DNA of 41,668 nt from a virus (taxonomy: Duplodnaviria; Caudoviricetes). The stretch is from positions 1 through 41,668 of IMG/VR virus record IMGVR_UViG_3300027506_000001, one strand, 5' to 3'. Shown here piece after piece: positions 19,761-28,526 of this stretch; position 1 is the first letter of the stretch, and each line of letters begins with the position of its first letter. The notes beneath the pieces are model-generated. The model had not been told where the DNA came from. It saw only the letters and a list, made by a program, of their open reading frames with translations, and ran no database searches. Both the position numbers and the translations under genes were made by a program.

Positions 19761-20189
19761 ATGGCAACACCAATAAAAGTATTAACAGTTACACATTTAG
19801 GTAGAAATTTAGATACTAATAATGTTCCACAGCAATACACAATAACAATGGAACTAAGTGTTTATAATATCTTTTCACCAATTGCATCAAATTTAGGTTA
19901 TACTATCTTATTAGTATCTGATTCAACATATAACAATCCTATTAGTCCCCCTGATGGTAGTTCAACTTACAATGGAGGATCATTAGAAAATCAAACTTTA
20001 ACAGCTAATACACCAAAAACTTTTAATTCTAATGGAATTACTACTGTTTTAGGATGGTCATTTAAAGATTCTGATGGTAACTTTATAGATATGATTGCAG
20101 ATTCACAAAATGCAAATAACACATCAATTCAAGTTACTGCAATAGATGATTATACAGGTGTAACTATTTATTATCATGGTCTAATTTAA
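19761..20189 (+). CDS. Hypothetical virion protein
   Basis: 142 aa, T/N/S-rich. Confidence 0.6.
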   Translation: MATPIKVLTVTHLGRNLDTNNVPQQYTITMELSVYNIFSPIASNLGYTILLVSDSTYNNPISPPDGSSTYNGGSLENQTLTANTPKTFNSNGITTVLGWSFKDSDGNFIDMIADSQNANNTSIQVTAIDDYTGVTIYYHGLI

Positions 20190-20253
20190 TTAGTTCTATA
20201 TGTTATAAACATATATTAATTATATTTTTTGAACATTAATAGGATTAGAAATA

Positions 20254-20592
20254 ATGAATGAGTTATTAAATGCAATACCACCAAATGATTTTCAAAAATT
20301 CTTATTGTGGGGGATTGGTCTTTTAATTTCTGTTATTGGTTTCATGTATAGGCTTTATGCTACTGCAATGAATAAAATTGAACTAATTTCTCAAAGTCAA
20401 ATTAAAGATTTGAATGAAATGATGGAAATTAGAGTTAATGATAAGCAAGTTATTATTGATGGTTTACTAGAAGAAGTAAAAAGACTTCAACTTGATAAAG
20501 ATAGAATTATAGGTGAAATTAAACCTTCACTTGATGCTTCAAATTCAATTGCAAAATCAGTATTAAATATGTTGCAACATGGTAGTAAATAA
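20254..20592 (+). CDS. Single-TM coiled-coil protein, holin candidate
   Basis: FLLWGIGLLISVIGFMY transmembrane segment followed by a helical tail. Confidence 0.5.
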   Translation: MNELLNAIPPNDFQKFLLWGIGLLISVIGFMYRLYATAMNKIELISQSQIKDLNEMMEIRVNDKQVIIDGLLEEVKRLQLDKDRIIGEIKPSLDASNSIAKSVLNMLQHGSK

Positions 20593-20746
20593 TTTTGATG
20601 AATTAATGAAAGATTTTTTTGATTATAAATTTTATTCTGAATTGATTAAAATGCAAACAGAAAAAAATGGAAGATCATTAAAGAAAATTGGTAAAAGGAA
20701 AAATCACAATAATTTAGCATCTAAAAATAGAACTAAAAGCACTTGA
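20579..20746 (+). CDS. Possible small protein, 55 aa (not in ORF track)
   Basis: Manual translation MVVNNFDELMKDFFDYKFYSELIKMQTEKNGRSLKK..., overlapping the upstream stop and filling the gap. Confidence 0.35.
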   Translation: MVVNNFDELMKDFFDYKFYSELIKMQTEKNGRSLKKIGKRKNHNNLASKNRTKST

Positions 20747-20789
20747 ATTTTTAAAAAATTGTACTAGTTATTATATAAAAATAAATAAA

Positions 20790-23450
20790 ATGAAAAAATT
20801 ATTAATATTAAGTTTATTGCTTTCAATTACTTTTATTGCATTTTGTCAAACTTCACCAATTAAGAAAAAATCTTATGTTGATGAACAGAAAATTTTAAAT
20901 ATTCAATCAGCTACACCAAGAGCAGGTTACGTAGCAGGTTTATATCGTAAATCTGATGGCAATTGGTATGAAAAAGATGAAAATGGAGTAGAAAGAATAG
21001 TTACAGGTAATGGAAACATTTATACAGTAGATGATAGTTTAATTTCGGACAGATTAGTTGCTTTTCCAGATGATACAGAATTATATTTTGGAGTTACAAA
21101 TGATAATATTGGTATAAAATATAAAAGCGGTTTTACGGGTTTACCTACCGATGGAGATTATAATGTAAGAGGTGCAAGTTTATGGTTAAAATCTAGTTTA
21201 AATAAAAATGCAAGTATTGGTTGGGGAGATGGTGAGGAATTTCAAATAGCAACAAATGCAAGATTTTTTTTGAATAGTGGAAGGCAGAAATTTTCAAGTA
21301 CAGGGAGAATAGAATTTATAAATAGTACAGAAAATATAGAGTTTACATCAAGTACGGGTAATATAATTTTTGATGCGACTTCTGGATATTTCAATTTTAC
21401 AGGTGGAAATGTAGGTATTGGAATGACTTCACCAACTTATAAATTAGATGTAAATGGTACTATTGGTGCTACAAATTTTCAACAAGTAGGAGCAACAGAT
21501 AATATGTTTGTTGGCTATTCGGAGTTTGAAAATGGTATAAGTATGGTAAGTACAAAAATAGAAAACCTAGCAGACCCAACAAACTTACAAGATGCAGTAA
21601 CAAAAGCATATTGTGATGCAAGTGGTGGTGGTGGAAATTCAATTTATTCCGCAGATGATGTACTTGTTTCAGATAGAACAGTAGATCTATCATCAAATAC
21701 TTTGACATTTACAGGAGGTGAAGTAACAATAAAAGATAATATTAACAATACATTTCTTTCAAGAGGTGCATTAACAATGGCAACACCGACAAGCGGAGGT
21801 TATAATCTAGCAGTTGGATATAGTGCATTAAAATCAAATACAAGCGGTCAACAAAATATTGCACTTGGATATAAGGCATACGAAAATTCAACAACAGCAC
21901 AAAAACAAATTGCAATTGGTGGATTTTCGTTACAAGATAATAATGGTTCAGAAAATACAGCAATTGGATATTTTTCATTAGGCAACAATGTAAGTGGGAT
22001 TGGAAATACATCAGTTGGTTATTATTCTATGAGGGAAGGTAATGGAGGTAATTATAATAGTTGTTTCGGTAAAGAAAGTGGAAACAAAATAAATTCAACA
22101 GCAAATGGAAATTCATATTTTGGATTTAATGCAGGAAAAAATAATACAAGTGGGGACTATAATGTTGGGTTTGGTTATAGTGCATTAGGTTCATCAAATA
22201 TAACAGGTAATCAAAATGTTGCAATAGGTTATAGTACAGCAGCTTTTTTAACTTCAGGGGAAAAAAATATTGCGATTGGAAGTTATGCAGGTTATGGATT
22301 AGGCAATGGAGATGAAAATGTTATAATTGGTAATTTTGCAGGTTCGGGTTCATCATCAAGTGATGCAATTAAAATTGGTACATATTCAGGTAATCTTGCC
22401 GCAGGAACAGGAGGTATTTTTGTAGGGTTTGAAAGTGGAAGAGAAACAACTTCATCGTCAGGAAATACCGCAATTGGTTATAAAGCATTAAGGTCTAATA
22501 TTACAGGAATTAGCAATACAATTATAGGTCAAAATGCTGCATTAAATTTAAAAGGTACAGCAAACACATTTTTAGGAAATGCAACAGGATATTTTATGAC
22601 CAATGGAGATGAAAATATTATGATTGGAAATGGAGCAGGTTATGGTAGTACTTATACAGTTGGTTCTAATAATATTATAATTGGAAATTTATTAGCACCA
22701 GATTATTTTCATGTTGATAATGAATTAAATATTGGTGATTTAATAATTGGTGAATTAGAAAATAAGGTTTTGCAATTTGATGGATATGGAGCAGGAAATA
22801 AAAAAGTTGCAGATGTTACATCACGAGTGGTTTCAAATAACGCATTAATAATCACAAGTGAAACAGCAGCTACAAATACAATTGTTTTTTCTTCTGCACA
22901 TAGTTTAACAACAAATGATGTTATCACATTAGCAACTAATTCAACTAATACAGGGTTTGATTATACAGTAACAGTTGTGGATGCAACAACAGTAACAACG
23001 TCACCTTCATTAAATTTTGATGATACAAATACAGCAGGGTATAAAGTTACACAAGCAACAAAAACAGCATCAATATATGAATTAGGATTAACAACAGATG
23101 GTCATTTAATTGAAGTAGAAAAAAGGAATAAAAGTTTATTAGTAGCGTTATCATCACAAAGTAATAACCTTTCACCAACAAATCTTGCAACAGCCAATCA
23201 CATTGATTTTTCAATGACAAGTAATCAAGATATTACAGGTATTGATGCTACAAATGCAGTAAATGGTACAATAATAACATTTAATGTTTTTGCAAACAAT
23301 CTAACTTTTACCGATACAAATTCATCATCAAGTGCAAACAATCAATTTCAATTATCACAAGGTAATAATTTAGTTATCCATGCAGGAGGTGGTGGAACAT
23401 TGAGGTATAATACAACAGTAAATAAATGGATGCTAGTTGGAACACATTAA
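20790..23450 (+). CDS. Tail fibre / adhesin-like beta-repeat protein with an N-terminal signal-peptide-like segment
   Basis: GNVGIG..SPTYKLDVNG, LADPTNLQDAVTKAYCD and many ~14-aa N(T/I/V)A(I/V)G repeats. Confidence 0.75.
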   Translation: MKKLLILSLLLSITFIAFCQTSPIKKKSYVDEQKILNIQSATPRAGYVAGLYRKSDGNWYEKDENGVERIVTGNGNIYTVDDSLISDRLVAFPDDTELYFGVTNDNIGIKYKSGFTGLPTDGDYNVRGASLWLKSSLNKNASIGWGDGEEFQIATNARFFLNSGRQKFSSTGRIEFINSTENIEFTSSTGNIIFDATSGYFNFTGGNVGIGMTSPTYKLDVNGTIGATNFQQVGATDNMFVGYSEFENGISMVSTKIENLADPTNLQDAVTKAYCDASGGGGNSIYSADDVLVSDRTVDLSSNTLTFTGGEVTIKDNINNTFLSRGALTMATPTSGGYNLAVGYSALKSNTSGQQNIALGYKAYENSTTAQKQIAIGGFSLQDNNGSENTAIGYFSLGNNVSGIGNTSVGYYSMREGNGGNYNSCFGKESGNKINSTANGNSYFGFNAGKNNTSGDYNVGFGYSALGSSNITGNQNVAIGYSTAAFLTSGEKNIAIGSYAGYGLGNGDENVIIGNFAGSGSSSSDAIKIGTYSGNLAAGTGGIFVGFESGRETTSSSGNTAIGYKALRSNITGISNTIIGQNAALNLKGTANTFLGNATGYFMTNGDENIMIGNGAGYGSTYTVGSNNIIIGNLLAPDYFHVDNELNIGDLIIGELENKVLQFDGYGAGNKKVADVTSRVVSNNALIITSETAATNTIVFSSAHSLTTNDVITLATNSTNTGFDYTVTVVDATTVTTSPSLNFDDTNTAGYKVTQATKTASIYELGLTTDGHLIEVEKRNKSLLVALSSQSNNLSPTNLATANHIDFSMTSNQDITGIDATNAVNGTIITFNVFANNLTFTDTNSSSSANNQFQLSQGNNLVIHAGGGGTLRYNTTVNKWMLVGTH

Positions 23451-23460
23451 TAAAAAAATA

Positions 23461-23937
23461 ATGAGATACATAATTTTAACAATTACGATACTAGTTTTAT
23501 TTTCTAGTTGCTTAACACAAAAAAGAGCAGCGAAAAAATTAAATCAAATTGCAATACAATATCCAGAACTAATTACTGAAAAATCTGATACACTTATTGA
23601 TATTTGGGAAATAACTAAAGAAGTAATAATTGAAGCAGATACAACAGAACTTTTTGCTAAGTGGAATGATTTAAAAACAGATTCAATTGTATATGAAATT
23701 GTTGATTCTATTTATATGACAGAAGTTAAATTGATTCGAGATACATTTATTAATGTATCAATAAAAACAGAAGTTTTTGCAGATACTATATTTTTAACTG
23801 TTCGAGATACTATTGATAGAGTAATAAATAATAAAGAATTTGTAACAAAAATAGAAAATAAAATACCTTGGTGGATTTGGTTTATTCTTTTTGTTTTATC
23901 GTTATGTACTTTAATTTTATTGATTCATAAAAAATAA
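23461..23937 (+). CDS. Unimolecular spanin candidate
   Basis: From the ATG at 23461: lipoprotein signal MRYIILTITILVLFSS|C, a beta-rich middle, and a C-terminal TM (WWIWFILFVLSLCTLILLI) followed by HKK. Confidence 0.7.
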   Translation: MRYIILTITILVLFSSCLTQKRAAKKLNQIAIQYPELITEKSDTLIDIWEITKEVIIEADTTELFAKWNDLKTDSIVYEIVDSIYMTEVKLIRDTFINVSIKTEVFADTIFLTVRDTIDRVINNKEFVTKIENKIPWWIWFILFVLSLCTLILLIHKK

Positions 23938-23963
23938 TAACTTTGAAGAAATAAACATACAAT

Positions 23964-24407
23964 ATGAGATCAGAAAAAATTGGAGAACTTAATCTTCTTC
24001 TTTATGATGGCATTGAAGAAATGCCTGCTTACAATTTTAGTAGATACAATTTTTTTTTAATGTTAGATTCTGGAATAGGTGCAGACATAGATTCAATTGC
24101 TCAAAGATTAGGTAATATGTTTAGATTATCTAAATCAGGAAAACATGAAAAGTACGAGATTGAAAATAATAATCTTTTACAATCTTTTGTATTTATAATT
24201 GAAAATACTACACCAGAGCATTTATGTTTTGTACCTTGGATTCATTCAATTAATGGTGAAAGAATAGTTGATTTATCAGATAATGCAGTAAAAGAAACAT
24301 TATTAAGAATTAGTCAAGGTGGTTTGACAGTTGGTTTTATAAGGAAATTTTTAAAATCAATAAAAAAAAAGTTGCAAATGAAATGGACACATTCTTTCCA
24401 AAACTAA
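23964..24407 (+). CDS. Tail assembly chaperone (G-like)
   Basis: Two genes upstream of the tape measure gene, with a slippery A-AAA-AAG near its end. Confidence 0.7.
   Translation: MRSEKIGELNLLLYDGIEEMPAYNFSRYNFFLMLDSGIGADIDSIAQRLGNMFRLSKSGKHEKYEIENNNLLQSFVFIIENTTPEHLCFVPWIHSINGERIVDLSDNAVKETLLRISQGGLTVGFIRKFLKSIKKKLQMKWTHSFQN
24365..24371 (+). other. Programmed -1 ribosomal frameshift site
   Basis: A AAA AAG in frame. The -1 frame is open (GTT GCA AAT GAA ATG) into ORF 24383. Confidence 0.75.
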
Positions 24408-24730
24408 ATGAATCAGTTTTAGAGAAAGAATACCTTTCAAGATTAAAGAATAGGTCTTTATTATTGTTGGATGAAATAATTAGAGATAATGATAATAAAA
24501 TTGAAATAGAAAAAATTGATGATTTTATATTTAGTCAATATTCACCTAAAGTTTTTGGAGGTTCAGAAGGATTAGAGGTCAATAGTAAAAATATTTTTGA
24601 AGATACTTGCAGTATTTTAGAATCAAAAGGATATAGTAATCCTAAAAAATTAACTTACTATCAGTTTCTAAGGAAATTAGAATTTATAAAATCACAAATT
24701 CCTAAAAATAAAAAAAGGTTAAGAAAATAA
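24383..24730 (+). CDS. Tail assembly chaperone, frameshift extension (T-like)
   Basis: In the -1 frame relative to 23964 and immediately upstream of the tape measure gene. Confidence 0.7.
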   Translation: MDTFFPKLNESVLEKEYLSRLKNRSLLLLDEIIRDNDNKIEIEKIDDFIFSQYSPKVFGGSEGLEVNSKNIFEDTCSILESKGYSNPKKLTYYQFLRKLEFIKSQIPKNKKRLRK

Positions 24731-24760
24731 TTATATTATAAATATATAATTTTAAGAGAA

Positions 24761-24796
24761 GAAAGGGTATAGTGATTTGTTCGCTATGCCCTTTTC
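24761..24796 (+). terminator. Hairpin / terminator before the tape measure gene
   Basis: gaaagggtatagtga...tcgctatgcccttttc. Confidence 0.5.
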
Positions 24797-24832
24797 TAAA
24801 AAAACATTTAAAATTATACTAATACTTTATAT

Positions 24833-27800
24833 ATGTCAAATCCAATTAAGTCTAGTGATTTATTTATTGATGATGGTTCATTGCAAGTTTTTATTGATAA
24901 AGCAAAGCAATTACAAGCAGCAGTTGAAACATTAAAAAAAGAAGCAGCTAAATTAGAAGCGCAGATTCGTAAAAATAATTCTAGTAATACAACACAAAGT
25001 ACAGGATTAAAAAAATCTGCAAGTAGAGCAAATGAACTAAAAAGAGCATACGATAATTATAATAAATCTATTGCAAGAAATGCTACTAATATCCAAATTA
25101 TTAAAGCTGCAACTAGAGAACAGAACCAATTAAATAAACAATCAGCTAGATTGACTACTTATGTTGCAACTTCTTACAATGCTTTATCTGCTGAATATTC
25201 TAAGAATAAAATTAAGTTAAATGCAATGTCAGTTGCACAAAGAGAGAACACTAGAGAAGGTAGGATTTTACTTAAACAAACTAATAAGATATATACTGAA
25301 ATGAAGCGTTTACAAGCGCAGACAGGGAAAAACACATTGAATGTAGGTAATTATAAATCAGCAGTAAATGGATTATGGAAATCGTTTAAAAACCTAGCAG
25401 CAGTATATTTATCATTTACAGGTGTACAAACACTATTTACTAGTATTTTTGGCACTACTAAAGAACTAGATGCACTTAATTTGTCATATAGACAAGTTAT
25501 TACTTCTACTGTTGAACTAGCACAAACACAAGAATTTTTAAAAGGTGTATCAGATAGGTTAGGAATAGGAATAATAGATATTAGTAAATCATATCTTAAA
25601 TTTAGAGCAGCAGCAGGTTCTACAAATTTATCAGTAAAACAAACACAAAAAATATTTGAATCATTTTCAAAGGCAAGTGCAATTTTATCTTTATCTGGTG
25701 ATGATACTAGAGGTGTGTTTAAGGCATTGGAACAAATGATTAGTAAGGGAAAAGTTAGTTCAGAGGAATTACGATTGCAATTAGGGGAAAGATTGCCAGG
25801 AGCCTTTGCAATTATGGCAAGGTCTTTAGGTAAATCAGTACAAGAATTAGATGAAATGTTAAAAAAAGGTGAAGTATTAAGTGAAGATGCTTTACCTAAA
25901 TTTGCAAAAGCAGTAGAAAAAGCATTTGGAGTTGAAAACTTAGAGAAAGTAGAAACTTTAGTAGCTGCACAAGGTAGGTTTTCTTCATCATGGACATATC
26001 TAGTAGAAGAATTAGATGCAGCAGGTGTATTTTCTGATGTTATTGATTTTTTTAGAAAATTTATTGATCTTATAAAATTTGGTTTACCATTTATTATTAA
26101 CTTGGGTAAGGCAGTAGGAATAGCAGCAGTATCTTTCGCAACATACAGAACAGGATTATTATTAGCAGCAACAGCAGAAAGAATAAGTAAAAATGCAACA
26201 ATTGCAAATGCAATATCAAAGGGAACATTGACTACTGCAACTAGATTAGCTACTATTTCAGTTTATAAATTTACTAAAGCATTAAAAGCAAATCCATATA
26301 CTTTTGTTGCTACTGCAATAATTGCAATAGTTACTTCAATAATAGCTTTTAATAAAGAAGCTGAAACAACAAGAGATATACTAAACGATATTAAGGATAA
26401 ATCAATAGATACGGTTAGAGCAGAAAAAGTTGAAGCAGCAAGATTAACAAATATTTTAAAAGATGAAAATGCTACTAGAGATCAAAAAATAGTAGCACTT
26501 AAAATATTAAAAGGTATTAATAAAAAATATTTTGGTCAATTAGATTTAGAAAAATCTAAAATCAAAGATATTGAAGCTGCACAAGATTCTTATAATGAAA
26601 GTATTTTAAACAGAGAAAGATTAACTTTATTAAAAAAAGAATTAAAAGATATTGATAAGGAATTAGATAAAATAGATATAAAAATAAAAGAAACAACATC
26701 TTCTAAAGATAAAAACCAAGGAGGTGCAATAAGAGGAGGAGGATCAGGAAGAACGAAAGAATCTATATTAAGAGAACAAAATACAAAGAAAGAAATATTA
26801 AAAATACGAAAACAAACCACAGAGGACATTATAAATGAATTAGAATATAGAGAGGAACAATCTCAAAAAATTGGTGGAAAAGGTAAAGTAGAAACAGAAG
26901 AAGAAAAAGCAGAAAGATTAAAGAAAGCAGCAGCAGCAGAAAGAGCAGCAAAAAGAAAAAGAGATAAGGCACAAAATGAAATATTTGCAGAACGAAAAAG
27001 AAGGATTGATGAAATGGAAGATAGTGAAAAAAAAGAACTTGCATTGTTGCAATTATCATTAGATAAAAAATTATATATCTACAATGAAAGTGAAGAAAAT
27101 ACAGAAGCACTAATAAATTATTATAATAACAGAAAAAAAGAAATTCAAGATAAATATTTTAAAGAAGAACAAATAAAAATTCTTGATGCGGAAAAAGAGA
27201 AATTATCTTTAATGGAAGATGGTGAAAAAAAAGAAATTCTCTTAATCGAAAATGCCAAGAAAAGAAAATTACTTGATAATAAAAATCAAGTTTTAATAGA
27301 AGAAGAAGCAGCAAGAAAAATTGCAGCAGTTAAATCGAAATATTTTGACAAAGAACAAAAAGAAAGAGAAAGAATTACAAATATTTTTAAAGACATAGAG
27401 CAAGAAGAATTTGATTTAGAAGAAGCAAAAGCAAAAGCAAAATTTTTATCAGTTAAAAGAAATAAAGATGAAAGAGATGCTTATGAATTATTAGCAACAA
27501 AGAGAAGATTAAAGAAACAATTAGAATTAGAATTATTTTATAATAAAAACTTAACCGACCTTGAAAAACTACAAATAAAAAACAAGTTAAAAATACTAAA
27601 CGGTGAAATTGCATCTAGTAGGGATAGTCAAGGAGATAGTGGAAAATCTATTAAATCTATTTATGATTTACTTGGAATTAATGTAAGTGACGAAGAAGAA
27701 GATGCCATAAATAAATCTGTTACTTTTGCATTAAAGCAAATTAGCGATGTACAACAAGCTAAAGTAGATGCAGCAAACCAAAATGTGCAAACTGCAAATC

Positions 27801-28525
27801 AAGAAGTTGCAACAGCACAAAGAACATTAAATCAAGAAATTGCTAATAGAAATGCTGGTTTTGCAAATAGTGTAGATACTGCTCAAATGGAATTTGATTT
27901 AGCAAAAAAGAATCAAGAAAGAGCATTAAAGGAAAGAAGAAAAGCGGTACAAGATCAACAAAGATTAGATGCGATTACTCAAACTAGTTCATTAATTACA
28001 GCAGCATCAGGAATATGGAAAAACATTGGAACCGAAAATCCATTATTAGCACTTGCATCAATTGCTTTAATGTTTGGATCGTTTGCAGCAGCAAAAATAA
28101 AAGCAAATAATATTACTAAAAAGACATTAGGTAAAGGAGGTTATGAAACAATAGGTGGTGGTTCTCATGCAAGCGGAAATGATACATTTGTAGGGAGTAA
28201 TTCACAAGGAGAACAAGTATATGCTGAAAGAGGTGAAACAATGGGAGTATTTAAAAGAAAATCTGTTCGTAGATATGGTAATAGAATAAAAGATTTAGTA
28301 AATTCAATTAATGCAGGAACACTTGATAATCATTTAGGAACTTTGAATCAAGCTAGTGAGGGTATTCCATTATTTAATTTATCAAATTCAAATAATACCG
28401 ATATGAGTAGGACTGAAAGTGAATTAAGAAAAATAAGAATACAAGGAGAAATTAAAAACGGTATTGATTCAAATGGTAGAAGATTTACACAAAAGAAAAA
28501 TGTTTTAACAACATATATCCAATAA
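24833..28525 (+). CDS. Tail tape measure protein
   Basis: 1230 aa, helical. ALEQMISKGKVSSEELRLQLGERLPGA tape-measure motif and NVGNY. Confidence 0.92.
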   Translation: MSNPIKSSDLFIDDGSLQVFIDKAKQLQAAVETLKKEAAKLEAQIRKNNSSNTTQSTGLKKSASRANELKRAYDNYNKSIARNATNIQIIKAATREQNQLNKQSARLTTYVATSYNALSAEYSKNKIKLNAMSVAQRENTREGRILLKQTNKIYTEMKRLQAQTGKNTLNVGNYKSAVNGLWKSFKNLAAVYLSFTGVQTLFTSIFGTTKELDALNLSYRQVITSTVELAQTQEFLKGVSDRLGIGIIDISKSYLKFRAAAGSTNLSVKQTQKIFESFSKASAILSLSGDDTRGVFKALEQMISKGKVSSEELRLQLGERLPGAFAIMARSLGKSVQELDEMLKKGEVLSEDALPKFAKAVEKAFGVENLEKVETLVAAQGRFSSSWTYLVEELDAAGVFSDVIDFFRKFIDLIKFGLPFIINLGKAVGIAAVSFATYRTGLLLAATAERISKNATIANAISKGTLTTATRLATISVYKFTKALKANPYTFVATAIIAIVTSIIAFNKEAETTRDILNDIKDKSIDTVRAEKVEAARLTNILKDENATRDQKIVALKILKGINKKYFGQLDLEKSKIKDIEAAQDSYNESILNRERLTLLKKELKDIDKELDKIDIKIKETTSSKDKNQGGAIRGGGSGRTKESILREQNTKKEILKIRKQTTEDIINELEYREEQSQKIGGKGKVETEEEKAERLKKAAAAERAAKRKRDKAQNEIFAERKRRIDEMEDSEKKELALLQLSLDKKLYIYNESEENTEALINYYNNRKKEIQDKYFKEEQIKILDAEKEKLSLMEDGEKKEILLIENAKKRKLLDNKNQVLIEEEAARKIAAVKSKYFDKEQKERERITNIFKDIEQEEFDLEEAKAKAKFLSVKRNKDERDAYELLATKRRLKKQLELELFYNKNLTDLEKLQIKNKLKILNGEIASSRDSQGDSGKSIKSIYDLLGINVSDEEEDAINKSVTFALKQISDVQQAKVDAANQNVQTANQEVATAQRTLNQEIANRNAGFANSVDTAQMEFDLAKKNQERALKERRKAVQDQQRLDAITQTSSLITAASGIWKNIGTENPLLALASIALMFGSFAAAKIKANNITKKTLGKGGYETIGGGSHASGNDTFVGSNSQGEQVYAERGETMGVFKRKSVRRYGNRIKDLVNSINAGTLDNHLGTLNQASEGIPLFNLSNSNNTDMSRTESELRKIRIQGEIKNGIDSNGRRFTQKKNVLTTYIQ

Positions 28526-28526
28526 T

